DNA of 64,000 bases from Bdellovibrionales bacterium (GCA_965219095.1 CBDCMT010000001.1:736001-800000), one strand, 5' to 3'. Positions 9,665 through 19,064 are shown, counted from the first letter of the stretch. Notes: generated by a model not told the origin, from the letters alone. Made by a program: numbers and translations.

Positions 9665-11230
9665 ATGAAAAAAGAAATTAAAAGTGAGGGAACTCATCTT
9701 TCATTTATTATTCTTATACTTTTTTGTGTATTTATTTACAAGATAGCTCCGTTTGCTTTTTACTTATATCAAAAATTCAAGTGGCATGCTCTTTTTGTTC
9801 TTATTCTGATTTTATTCACTGCCATTTTTATTTTAATTTACCAATATATAAAAAATAGAGACAAAAAAGATGACAAAGATCTATTCATAGGATTTAATCA
9901 TAAAAAACCTATTTTTATCTCCAACTCTCAAAGAACCACTCATGCTCAAGTTATAGGAACTACTGGCTGTGGAAAAACAGAGAGTGTGATATTGCCTTGG
10001 ATTGTTCAAGACATTCAAAATGGAAACGGTGCTTTAATTATTGATGGAAAAAGTGATAATGATTTTTTGGATAAACTTTATAGCTACACGATAAAATTTA
10101 AAGGAGAAAAAGATTTTAAGCTCTTTTCTCTTGCTAACACTAAATGGTCTTATAGTTTTAATCCCTTAACTGGAGCTTCCAGTATTGAAATCGCTGAAAA
10201 AGTTTTTTCATCATTTCAGTTTAAAAATGAATACTATAAAAATATCCAGTACAAAATCTTTCTAAGTTTAATCTCTCTTATAAGAGAAAAGACCACCCCT
10301 ACTTTTAAGCTCATTTATGAACTTTTAAATGATACTGATACTCTTTATATTTGGGTTGAAACTTGTAAAAGCAAAAATACCAAAAAAATTCTTGAGGGCT
10401 TTGTGGCACTCCCAGAAAAAGAGCGAGAAGAGAGAGTTAGCGGTCTTGAAGCTCAAATCTCTCACTTTTGCCAAAATCAAAGTCTTTTTGATGAAACAAA
10501 AAATTCTATCTCCATAGAGAATGCTCTAAAGAATAATCAAATCCTCTACTTTCAGCTCCCCACTATGCTTTATCCCTTTTTAGGAGAAGCTACAGGAAAG
10601 CTTGTGCTTCAAAACCTTCAAAGTGCAGTCTCTCGCAGACACCTCTCAGATAAAAAAGGAAAACTCTTTAGCGTGTATTTAGATGATTTTCAGGATTATA
10701 TCTATTCAGGCTTTGCAAGTCTTCTTAACAAGTCAAGATCAGCTAATGTAGCTATGGTCTTTTCTCACCAGTCCTTAGGAGACTTAGAGCGTGTTTCAAG
10801 CTCATTTTCTGATGTAGTTCTAACCAATACTAACCTCAAAGTGATTATGAGAACCATTGATCCTAAAACCTGTGATTATTTTGCTAACTACTTTGGAACC
10901 AAAAGCACCATGAAAGAGACCGAACAGACCGATAAAGGGTTATTAGGAGCAAGTCCAACAGGAAGAGGGAGTCTTAGAAAAGTAGAAGAATTTATCTTTC
11001 ACCCCAACCTATTTAAAAAAATCCCAGTAGGCATTGGTTTGGTTAGTATTCCAAAAGTAAGTTCCGTAGAGCACCTTGAACTATCCTTTCCTAGAGTAAA
11101 GCCCATAGAAAAACAAGCTCTTAAAGCTATTAAAAAAGGGTCTATAGAAGCATCTAAAACAGAATTGAGGAAAGAAAAAGAGAGTAAAGATGTTATTGAA
11201 GAGACTCTTAAAAATAAGGAGAAAAGATGA
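9665..11230 (+). CDS. Type IV coupling protein (VirD4/TraD family)
   Basis: Two N-terminal TMs, Walker A GTTGCGKT, IIDGK, YLDDFQ, SRSA..HQSLGDL. Confidence 0.88.
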   Translation: MKKEIKSEGTHLSFIILILFCVFIYKIAPFAFYLYQKFKWHALFVLILILFTAIFILIYQYIKNRDKKDDKDLFIGFNHKKPIFISNSQRTTHAQVIGTTGCGKTESVILPWIVQDIQNGNGALIIDGKSDNDFLDKLYSYTIKFKGEKDFKLFSLANTKWSYSFNPLTGASSIEIAEKVFSSFQFKNEYYKNIQYKIFLSLISLIREKTTPTFKLIYELLNDTDTLYIWVETCKSKNTKKILEGFVALPEKEREERVSGLEAQISHFCQNQSLFDETKNSISIENALKNNQILYFQLPTMLYPFLGEATGKLVLQNLQSAVSRRHLSDKKGKLFSVYLDDFQDYIYSGFASLLNKSRSANVAMVFSHQSLGDLERVSSSFSDVVLTNTNLKVIMRTIDPKTCDYFANYFGTKSTMKETEQTDKGLLGASPTGRGSLRKVEEFIFHPNLFKKIPVGIGLVSIPKVSSVEHLELSFPRVKPIEKQALKAIKKGSIEASKTELRKEKESKDVIEETLKNKEKR

Positions 11231-12018
11231 AAGACATTCGTTTAAAAAAAAGAGATTTAGAGATTTTATATCATATTTCCACTCAAAGCTTTGCTACTGT
11301 ATCTGAACTCTATGATCTTTTTTGGAAATCAAAAAAGAACTCTAAGTCTCATTACAAGAGACTTTATCGACTAAAAGAACATAGATTTATCGATACTCTA
11401 AAAGCTCCTCTAAATTCTGAATCTGGATACACTATCACTCTAAAGGGGCAGAATTTATTAAGAGCTTATGGTTATAAGGTGAGTCCCTGTGTGATTAAAA
11501 AAGATTGCTACACTGGAAGTTATGAGCATGATCTTTTGTTAAATAGCTTAAAAAACATTCTCTTAAAGAGTCCTCTTGTTGAGAATTTTATCCCTGAATA
11601 TCAGATAGCTTATAGAATTTTAAAGGACTTTAATGTTAAAAGAAAGTACCAGCTAAAGGATAAAATCCCTGATGGGCTTTTTACTCTTTTAGTTCAAAAA
11701 AAACCTCAGAAAGTTGCACTTGAATTAGAGCTAACTCTCAAATCTAAAAGAAGGTATGAGACTATTTTTTCAAAACATCTTCTCACAAAAAGCTGGAATA
11801 TAATATTTTACATTGTTAAGGATGGGAAAATGAGAGAAAAACTTTTAAGTTACATTAAAGAGTTCAAGAGAAAAAACTCTCTATTGAGAACTGCAAGAAA
11901 CTTAAACAGCATCTACTTTTCTCTTTTAGATGAGTTCCTAGATAAAGGACTTTATGCGAACTTTACCAATGAAAGAATGGAATTTTCTTTGAAAGATTTA
12001 GAGAAAAAGACAAGCTAG
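11227..12018 (+). CDS. Replication-relaxation (Replic_Relax-like) protein; candidate relaxase
   Basis: N-terminal wHTH (RDLEIL...YTITLKG), YEHDL, PDG, ALELELTLKSKRRY; start overlaps the virD4 stop. Confidence 0.7.
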   Translation: MKDIRLKKRDLEILYHISTQSFATVSELYDLFWKSKKNSKSHYKRLYRLKEHRFIDTLKAPLNSESGYTITLKGQNLLRAYGYKVSPCVIKKDCYTGSYEHDLLLNSLKNILLKSPLVENFIPEYQIAYRILKDFNVKRKYQLKDKIPDGLFTLLVQKKPQKVALELELTLKSKRRYETIFSKHLLTKSWNIIFYIVKDGKMREKLLSYIKEFKRKNSLLRTARNLNSIYFSLLDEFLDKGLYANFTNERMEFSLKDLEKKTS

Positions 12019-12130
12019 AAAGGAAGCTTAAAAGTGGAACCCCTAATGGCAACTGGTGTCCATTAGAAAAAATGAGGCCTCAACAAGGCGATAGTTTTAA
12101 TCTATTGAAATACTTAAGTTTTTTAAAGGT

Positions 12131-12227
12131 CACACCCCCTGCCTTCTTCGGACAACTACCCGTGACCTCGCTCTCTCCACATAGTTACGATAGCGAGGTC
12201 ACGGCTAGACTCGAAGGCAGGGGTGTG
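12131..12227. promoter_or_regulatory. GC-rich nested inverted repeat; candidate oriT
   Basis: Outer arms CACACCCCCTGCCTTC / GAAGGCAGGGGTGTG; inner perfect 13-bp arms CCGTGACCTCGCT (12160-12172) / AGCGAGGTCACGG (12192-12204). Confidence 0.45.
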
Positions 12228-12283
12228 GTATAGGTAGTCAGTAATAGATATTTTATTTTGTAAAAGTAAAGTCAGGAGGTTTT

Positions 12284-12508
12284 ATGGCTTGTAGAGTAGG
12301 AATTACAACTGATCCAAAAAGAAGAAAACAAGAGTGGGAAGAAGAATATCCTAGCTTAAGAGATTGGGAAATCTTAGAGAGTAGCTTAAGCTATTCAAGT
12401 GCTCAAAAAAAAGAAAACGAATATGCACAAAAATATGGTTGCGCATCCAGTCCAGGTGGTCCAAATGACGGAAGTTACAACTGGTCGGTTTATAAATTTA
12501 GCTACTGA
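12284..12508 (+). CDS. Small protein with a minimal GIY-YIG-like signature
   Basis: Strong RBS CAGGAGG; CRVGITTDPKRR...AQKKE pattern. Confidence 0.55.
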   Translation: MACRVGITTDPKRRKQEWEEEYPSLRDWEILESSLSYSSAQKKENEYAQKYGCASSPGGPNDGSYNWSVYKFSY

Positions 12509-12531
12509 ACTTATTTAATGAGTTGTTAAAA

Positions 12532-13701
12532 ATGACTTCTTCAGAAAACTTTGAGACTTTTGAAACAGATGAAGCAGAAATAATAGCTAATAAGAAAGCT
12601 AATCGTATTTATGTGGCTGATTTCCAAAGTGGAGAAGGTAAATATATTAGTACTGTTATTGGTGAAGATTCCCATAATTTTGATTTAAAAGCTAGAATTT
12701 CCCCTAAAGTTGAAGTCCGTATCACATATATTACAAACAAAAACCGTATTGAAGGTGTCAAAATTTCTAAACTTAAAAAAGATGGTAATATACAGGAAAT
12801 CAACCTCTCTACATTAACATTTGAAGGAATACTTGGGTTATTAAAAATTTTTTCTAATCTTGATTTAAATTCAATAAATAACCGTGCGTTAGTATTGGAT
12901 TCAAATATTGTAAAAGATCCGTCAAAACTACAAAATCACTTAAACACAATACTTGCTGATGAAAGAGGATTAGCGATACTCTCAGAAGTTGCTAAATCAA
13001 AAGGACTTATTTTTGAAAATGATATAGGAAATATAAAGAGGAAACGTGAAGCATTAGAACTGTTTGCTGAATTATTGGGAAATGATAGTTTTTTTGAAGA
13101 ACAAAAGAAGGATTTGGAAAAAAATAGAGATGAAGGTGTTTGGCAATCTTTTTTTGAAAAAAACAAGTGGATTTTTGGTTATGGCCTTGAGTATATATTC
13201 AATGCACCGATCAAAAAGGAAAAATATGAGCAAACACTTATTGGAGCAAACTTTTTAAGTTCAGGTAAGAGGCCTGATGGAATACTAAAAACGCTTGGGC
13301 TGACACAATTTTTAAATATTGTTGAAATCAAAACTCATAAACATAATATATTAGAAAATAATGAGTATAGAGCTAAAGCTTGGAGAATAAGTAGTGAACT
13401 GAGTGGTGCTATTGCTCAATGCCAGCAATATGTACATAATAGTATGAAAAATCTACAAGAGTACATTGAACTAAAGGATTTAAAAGGTAATCGGATAAAT
13501 GAAGAAGTTTTTAATTTCCAGCCTAAATGTTTTTTAGTTATCGGAAATATGCACAGAGAATTTGTTAAAAATGGTAAGGTTTTGAACCCTGATAGATTAT
13601 CTTGCTTTGAGTGTTTTCGTAAAAACTTGTTGAGTCCTCAAATAATCACATATGATCAACTGTATTATCGTGCAAAATATATTATAGAGGATGCTCAATG
13701 A
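12532..13701 (+). CDS. sduA: Shedu anti-phage nuclease (DUF4263)
   Basis: EGVWQSFFEKNKWIFG, RPDG, VEIKT, ELSGAIAQ, IITYDQL motifs. Confidence 0.85.
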   Translation: MTSSENFETFETDEAEIIANKKANRIYVADFQSGEGKYISTVIGEDSHNFDLKARISPKVEVRITYITNKNRIEGVKISKLKKDGNIQEINLSTLTFEGILGLLKIFSNLDLNSINNRALVLDSNIVKDPSKLQNHLNTILADERGLAILSEVAKSKGLIFENDIGNIKRKREALELFAELLGNDSFFEEQKKDLEKNRDEGVWQSFFEKNKWIFGYGLEYIFNAPIKKEKYEQTLIGANFLSSGKRPDGILKTLGLTQFLNIVEIKTHKHNILENNEYRAKAWRISSELSGAIAQCQQYVHNSMKNLQEYIELKDLKGNRINEEVFNFQPKCFLVIGNMHREFVKNGKVLNPDRLSCFECFRKNLLSPQIITYDQLYYRAKYIIEDAQ

Positions 13702-13939
13702 ACAGAAACCTCAACGCTAACTGTTACGAAAGAAATTTTTCAAAAGCGGAGCAATAATTGATTTTAATGAATACGGAAATACTTCATCAGAATATGGCTG
13801 GAAAATCGATCATATTCATCCTGTAGCTAAAGGCAGAGGAGATGAGCTTTCAAATCTTCATTCTCTTCACTGGAGGAGCAACAGCTCAAAAAGTGATGAC
13901 CCGGATATTCCGTCTCAATACTGCAAAATCACAAGCTAA
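13698..13939 (+). pseudogene. Frameshifted HNH endonuclease
   Basis: 13748-13939 reads GAIIDFNEYGNTSSEYGWKIDHIHPVAKGRGDELSNLHSLHWRSNSSKSD; the ATG overlapping the sduA stop is in another frame. Confidence 0.75.
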
Positions 13940-14079
13940 CACGCCCACCATTCCACAAATCAAACTCCTCCAGCTTTTATTACTCATAGATAAAAACTTG
14001 TCTCACAAGCTATTTTTCTTTTTTTGATTTCTATTTTTATTTCAGAACATTTCGATATCTCCTTTTTACCCGTTTTGAT

Positions 14080-14245
14080 AGCTCGCTTTTCAGTCAGCTT
14101 CTTAACGGCTTTTTTACAAATCTCATGCCTTCGGTTCCCTCAGTCACTCAATTTGTTTTTCAAAAAAGCCTAAAGCCTCCTTCAAGCTCGCCTTTTTCTT
14201 TGAGGGCTGCCCCCATCCATTGGTGAGGGACAGCCCTCAAGAAAA
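14080..14245 (+). promoter_or_regulatory. Structured intergenic region with stacked inverted repeats (candidate single-strand promoter/origin)
   Basis: GGCTTTTTTACAAAT...ATTTGTTTTTCAAAAAAGCC and TTGAGGGCTG...CAGCCCTCAA ahead of a strong RBS (AAGGAGG). Confidence 0.4.
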
Positions 14246-14287
14246 TAAAATAAAAAAAACAAAACAGGCAAAAAAAGGAGGCCAAAA

Positions 14288-14755
14288 ATGAAAGAACTAA
14301 ATAAACAAGAAATCACACAAAAACTAGAAAAAATCGCTTTTCTTGAAACAACGCCGTTTTGTTATTCGTGTTACATCAAAGCACCTACAGGAGTTTGTCA
14401 TAATTGTGGTACGGACGATTTAATGCTTGAGCTTGAAGGCTTTGGAGTTGAGTACGGAACCGAATGGGTCTATAAACAACTTTTAAAAGAAGCTCTTGAT
14501 CCAGTCAATACAGAGGAAGTATTTGAGACTATGATTGATGAGTGCTACTCAGAAGATACAAAAATCGGTTGGCTTACAGTGGATACAGTAACTGCCATTA
14601 AACAGCTTGATGAAATCTCTTGGAACTTAGCTAAAGATGAATACATAGACGGCTTAGTTTCAGATGAAGAACTCATAACCTTCGATGAAGTAAACTACTA
14701 CTCAAAGCACGATATTCTAGAATTTGTAGAAAAATACAAAGGAAAAGTGGCCTAG
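14288..14755 (+). CDS. Acidic hypothetical protein with CxxC-CxxC zinc ribbon
   Basis: CYSC...CHNC; strong RBS. Confidence 0.7.
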   Translation: MKELNKQEITQKLEKIAFLETTPFCYSCYIKAPTGVCHNCGTDDLMLELEGFGVEYGTEWVYKQLLKEALDPVNTEEVFETMIDECYSEDTKIGWLTVDTVTAIKQLDEISWNLAKDEYIDGLVSDEELITFDEVNYYSKHDILEFVEKYKGKVA

Positions 14756-14770
14756 GCCATTTTTCCTTTT
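14738..14770 (+). terminator. Palindrome/terminator-like sequence over the stop codon
   Basis: AAAGGAAAAGTGGCCTAGGCCATTTTTCCTTTT. Confidence 0.45.
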
Positions 14771-14791
14771 AAATAAAAGGAGAAAAAATTT

Positions 14792-14986
14792 ATGAAAGAA
14801 AAATTTTCTAAAATTGCTATCTCAAATCAAGCCAATGAATCTCTTATAAAAATGCTAGAAGCTCTCAACAAGGAGACATCCACTAAAGTCAAAAAACAAG
14901 CCCTCACTTCTTTTATTATTGAAAGCTATGAAAAAGAAAATATGAAGACCATCCTTTTTAAAAGACTGGTTATCCATTTTTTCTGA
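14792..14986 (+). CDS. Small hypothetical protein, possibly DNA-binding or truncated
   Basis: RBS AAGGAG; 64 aa ORF. Confidence 0.45.
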   Translation: MKEKFSKIAISNQANESLIKMLEALNKETSTKVKKQALTSFIIESYEKENMKTILFKRLVIHFF

Positions 14987-15082
14987 AATGAACCATATCT
15001 TATGAAAACCCAACCTCTATACTCACCACGTCAAACCTAGAAAACAATAAAAAAGCTTGTTATCCTTGAAAGGAGTTGTTGT

Positions 15083-15298
15083 ATGAAGCAGAGAAAAAAA
15101 TCTCGCTCCATAAGAGACTCTATGCTAAACAATATAAAATGGATTCCCGTAGAATTAAGTCAGGAGGAAGAAGATGAAAGAATCGAAAAAATCGCAAACA
15201 TGTTACAGCGGTTCATGGAGGAAAATAGCAAAAGGGGAAAATCCCTCAAAAGCCATGTCCTCAAAAAAGAAGACTTCAAAAAAACGATTAGATTATAA
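15083..15298 (+). CDS. Small basic protein overlapping the recombinase start
   Basis: RBS AAGGAG; 71 aa. Confidence 0.45.
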   Translation: MKQRKKSRSIRDSMLNNIKWIPVELSQEEEDERIEKIANMLQRFMEENSKRGKSLKSHVLKKEDFKKTIRL

Positions 15299-16931
15299 AT
15301 ACAAGATAGCTTCTTATGTGAGGCTTTCTCCAAGTGATGAAATTAGAGAAGAAGGCTCTCTTGTATCTCACCCACAAAGAATCAAAAATTTTATCAATAT
15401 GAAAAACAATACAGAGAAGAATTGGGGAAAGGTTATTGAAACTTACACAGACAAGGATTATTCAGGGAAGAACTTAAACCGTCCAGCTTTTCAAAAAATG
15501 TGTAGAGACATTGTTTTAGGAAAGGTTAATGCTGTTATCGTAACAGAGCTTTCAAGGCTTAGTAGAAGTGTTAAAGATTTTTGCCAGTTTTGGGATTTTC
15601 TCAAAGAACATAAAGTGAAGTTTTTCAGTTTAAAAGAAAACTTTGACACCTCAACTGCTATGGGAGAGCTTATGGTTATCCAAGCCATTAGCTTTGCTCA
15701 ATTTGAAAGACAAACCACTGTAGAGCGTATAAAGCATGGAGTTCACGCAAGAGCAGAGAGAGGTCTTTCTAATGGTGGACAAAGAATGTTAGGCTATGAT
15801 CTTCACCCTGAAAAAAAATGCCATTTGAAAGTTAATGAAGAAGAAAAACCTATAGTTCAAATGATTTTTAAAAAACTTCTAGAGCTGGGTTCAACATTTA
15901 AAGTTTTAAACTTTTTAAATCAAAATGGTTATACCACTAAGTCTTTTGTAAATAAAAAGGGAGAAAAAAGAGGCGGAACAAGATGGACTGCTTCGTCCTT
16001 ATACACTGTTCTCACCAACTTTTCCTATTTAGGAAAAAGAGAACTCAACAAGAAAAATAGAAATAAAGATCAGTCAGAGCTTTCTATTTCTGAAAGATAC
16101 AAAGTTTATGATAGCCAATGGCCTGCTATTATTGATAAAAATCTTTTTAATGAGGTTCAAGATCGTTTAGAAAAAAATAAAAAAGAATTAAGAGCCAGCA
16201 ATCATTGTTATATTCTTTCAGGTTTAACTTATTGTGGAGTTTGTGGAGATAAACTTGTAGGGAAAGGAAGCTCAAATAGAGAAGGAAAAAAATACTTTTA
16301 TTATGGCCACAGAAGAAAGATGATGACTTATGGAGATCGGCATTTAAAAAAATGTGACTTAGAGCATGTTCCTGCCCACACTATAGAGGAGGGTGTTTTA
16401 TTTCGACTCAAAGAGTTATCAAAAAATAAGGCTCTTTTAGTAAAGCTTGCTCAAAACAACACCTACCAAAACAAGGAAAGTCTCAAACAGCAGGAAAGCC
16501 TTATGTACTCTCGCCTAGAAGCCTTAAAGGGCATAAGAAAGGATATAGAGAGTCTCACTCAGGCCATTGCTAGAAGTAAGAATCAGAAAGCTCAGGACAT
16601 TTTAATTGAAGAATTAGGCAACCTTAGTGAAAAGAAATCTCAGGTAGAAGAAGAGATCAAAAAGCTCAAAAGGGAAAAGTCTCAATTCAAAGACAACATC
16701 ATTTCAGCAGAGAATATCTTTTCAGCACTCAAGGTTGTAAATAAGACTCTGCCCAAAATCACTCCCAGACAACAAAAAGAGCTTCTCTCAGAGATCATCA
16801 AGAAGGTTGTGGTCTATAAACATGGCTTAGGCGTGGAGTATTTTGGGGCCAAAAAGTCTGAAATGGGAAATTGGGTTCAAGCGGTCAAAAATCCGCACAG
16901 TGTTTGTGTTGGTCGGAGAGACAGGATTTGA
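15255..16931 (+). CDS. Large serine recombinase (integrase)
   Basis: YVRLS catalytic Ser, DKDYSG, RPAFQKM, LSRLSRS, zinc ribbon CGVCG, coiled coil; start could be 15174 or 15255. Confidence 0.93.
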   Translation: MSSKKKTSKKRLDYKYKIASYVRLSPSDEIREEGSLVSHPQRIKNFINMKNNTEKNWGKVIETYTDKDYSGKNLNRPAFQKMCRDIVLGKVNAVIVTELSRLSRSVKDFCQFWDFLKEHKVKFFSLKENFDTSTAMGELMVIQAISFAQFERQTTVERIKHGVHARAERGLSNGGQRMLGYDLHPEKKCHLKVNEEEKPIVQMIFKKLLELGSTFKVLNFLNQNGYTTKSFVNKKGEKRGGTRWTASSLYTVLTNFSYLGKRELNKKNRNKDQSELSISERYKVYDSQWPAIIDKNLFNEVQDRLEKNKKELRASNHCYILSGLTYCGVCGDKLVGKGSSNREGKKYFYYGHRRKMMTYGDRHLKKCDLEHVPAHTIEEGVLFRLKELSKNKALLVKLAQNNTYQNKESLKQQESLMYSRLEALKGIRKDIESLTQAIARSKNQKAQDILIEELGNLSEKKSQVEEEIKKLKREKSQFKDNIISAENIFSALKVVNKTLPKITPRQQKELLSEIIKKVVVYKHGLGVEYFGAKKSEMGNWVQAVKNPHSVCVGRRDRI

Positions 16932-16986
16932 ACCTGCGACCCTCTGCTCCCAAAGCAGATGCGCTACCAAGCTGCGCTACTCTCCG
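16910..16986 (-). tRNA. tRNA-Pro(TGG)
   Basis: CGGAGAG acceptor stem, TCTGC-TTTGGGA-GCAGA anticodon arm, GGTTCAAATCC T arm, encoded CCA. Confidence 0.96.
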
Positions 16987-17284
16987 TTTAATTTACCTAC
17001 TGATTTTTCTTCTTTTTACAAGAAAACATCATAAACTATTTTAATGTCAAAAGAAACTTGTAAAATACAGTTTTGGGTTAATAAAACTTTAAAATTTGTT
17101 TTTATAATCATTGAAAAATATAGTTTAATTAAGGAAACTTTAGCTTTCTTTAGCTAAAAAGTCGTAAAAGTACGAAATTGCTACTTTCTTCAGGCCTTTA
17201 GTCCTGTGTTCCTATTTGACATATAACTGAATGCTTTTAATGATGAAATTGTAGAAAAAAAATAAACTAAAAAAGGAGAAAGTA

Positions 17285-18535
17285 ATGAAGATAAAATTTA
17301 TAATGACTTTCTGTGTTCTTTTTGTTATAGCTATGAATGCAGAAACAAGACCTATGGGTTCAAAAAAAGGCAAAATAGATCATGATATACGGGTGCGTGC
17401 AACAAAACATCATAATAAGTCTTTTTCTTATGAAACACGCTATCTGTTAGGCTATAGTAGATCCATTAAGCAATTCACTCTTCATGGAGGCCTATTCTTC
17501 AATGTTAATAGTTTAAGAACTAACTCCGCAAACGATAATATTTTTAGGCCCCAATCCACTAAAAGAGAATTAAATTTTTATAAAGCTTATGTTTCTTGGA
17601 AAGCCAAGAAACTGACTCTTCATGCAGGTTATATGCCTATTGAATTAGGAGAAGGAAGTGTTATGAATACCAATGATTATTATGATATGCCTTTAGCTTT
17701 TTCTGGTATAGGGGGTGTTTTTTCAACGAAAACTTTTGACTTCAGTGTCTATCATCTTGATCTTGAATTTAACTTCATTCGAGAACAACTACCAGACCCA
17801 TCAAAAGATACAAATAAACAATTAATTCTGTTATCCTATGATCAAAAAAAGCTTCCTAAAGGTATCAATCATGTCAATCTCCATGCCCTCTTTTACAGAG
17901 ATTTGAAACCCTCAGATAAGGGAGAATCAGCAAATGAAAGACGCTATCACTATGGTGCGTCTATCAGTGGTGGCTTAAAACAATTTGATTACCGTGCCGT
18001 TTATGCCATTCAAAGAGGAGATAACAATACAATTGCCAATAAGGATATTGAAGCATCTATGTTAGATGCAGAAATTGGTTTTAAGCTCTCTACTGCTAAG
18101 AAAAGAAGAAAAAGTGTTTTTAGAGGAACTCGTATTTATATAGGCTATCATTCAGAATCAGGAGACAAAGGCCTTGATTCTGAAAAAAACTACAATCCTT
18201 TTTATTATGATCGTTACAACCGTTCTGGTTTGATGGACATCATTTCTTGGGGTGTTAATAGAAGGCTTGGTTCAACTGTAGAACTTAACGGCCTTTCCAA
18301 TCTCTCAGCAGGGATTACTTTAAAAACAATAAAAAATATTAATCTAGGATTTCATTACAACCGCTTTAAACTAGAGGAAGATAACTATGGAAAAGAGTTC
18401 GATTTTACAGCAGAAAAAATTTACGGAAAAACACTCAGTACTTTAGCTCGTGTAGGTTATTTCATGTTTGAAAATGAAGATGATAACAATGAAAATTCTT
18501 TAGAATATCAAATTCAATTGAGATGGAAGTTTTAA
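17285..18535 (+). CDS. Outer-membrane beta-barrel, alginate-export/porin-like
   Basis: Signal peptide, alternating beta strands, SGD...YNPFY...GLMD loop, C-terminal Phe. Confidence 0.7.
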   Translation: MKIKFIMTFCVLFVIAMNAETRPMGSKKGKIDHDIRVRATKHHNKSFSYETRYLLGYSRSIKQFTLHGGLFFNVNSLRTNSANDNIFRPQSTKRELNFYKAYVSWKAKKLTLHAGYMPIELGEGSVMNTNDYYDMPLAFSGIGGVFSTKTFDFSVYHLDLEFNFIREQLPDPSKDTNKQLILLSYDQKKLPKGINHVNLHALFYRDLKPSDKGESANERRYHYGASISGGLKQFDYRAVYAIQRGDNNTIANKDIEASMLDAEIGFKLSTAKKRRKSVFRGTRIYIGYHSESGDKGLDSEKNYNPFYYDRYNRSGLMDIISWGVNRRLGSTVELNGLSNLSAGITLKTIKNINLGFHYNRFKLEEDNYGKEFDFTAEKIYGKTLSTLARVGYFMFENEDDNNENSLEYQIQLRWKF

Positions 18536-18545
18536 AACTGACTTT

Positions 18546-19064
18546 ATGTCACTAACAAATAAAGAGAAAAACATCATTGTAGTGGCTCTTCTTTTAGGAG
18601 GAGCCATTTTCATTTTAATTCTTTTTCCTCCTCATAACATATGTGACACTTATGTCGATCAGTTTAAAAAAAAATCAGAGAATTTTTTTCAAATCCACAA
18701 TAAGGCCTTTGAAACATGTAAAAAAACATCCTCTTCAGGGGGTTGCTTACTACTTTTTTCAAAGCTTTTAAGTTTTTCCCAGCACTTGCTTAACACTCCT
18801 TCTGAATGCCAAAGAGCTCTTTCTAATTCAAAAGTAAAAAAAGTTTTATGGGAAAATCTTGAACTTATAGCTCTTTTATACCCTCTAGGTTGGTTAAGTT
18901 CCTCTGATCAAGATCTTTTTTGCCAATTAAAACACTGGTCTATTAAATTCTATGGAGAAAATTCTTGGGAAAAGTTTGAATCTAAAATCACAAAAGTGAA
19001 AGTCAAAAACAATAAAGCAAGAGAAGAACACATTTTTTCTCAGCCTTGTATTGGTTTTTTTTAA
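18546..19064 (+). CDS. Membrane-anchored cysteine-rich hypothetical protein
   Basis: N-terminal TM followed by PPHNIC; six Cys. Confidence 0.65.
   Translation: MSLTNKEKNIIVVALLLGGAIFILILFPPHNICDTYVDQFKKKSENFFQIHNKAFETCKKTSSSGGCLLLFSKLLSFSQHLLNTPSECQRALSNSKVKKVLWENLELIALLYPLGWLSSSDQDLFCQLKHWSIKFYGENSWEKFESKITKVKVKNNKAREEHIFSQPCIGFF

Larger units (their letters stand above)
653..16931 (+). mobile_element. Integrative (conjugative or mobilizable) element at the tRNA-Pro 3' end; left boundary not located
   Basis: Integrase abutting a tRNA, T4SS-like genes, coupling protein and defence cargo, all co-oriented. Confidence 0.7.

Noticed and set aside
13842..14027. 61-aa ORF
   Set aside because: Alternative frame of the HNH pseudogene
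16843..17034. 63-aa ORF containing GETGFEPAT
   Set aside because: Antisense translation of tRNA-Pro; 26448-26648 is likewise a translation across tRNA-Gln
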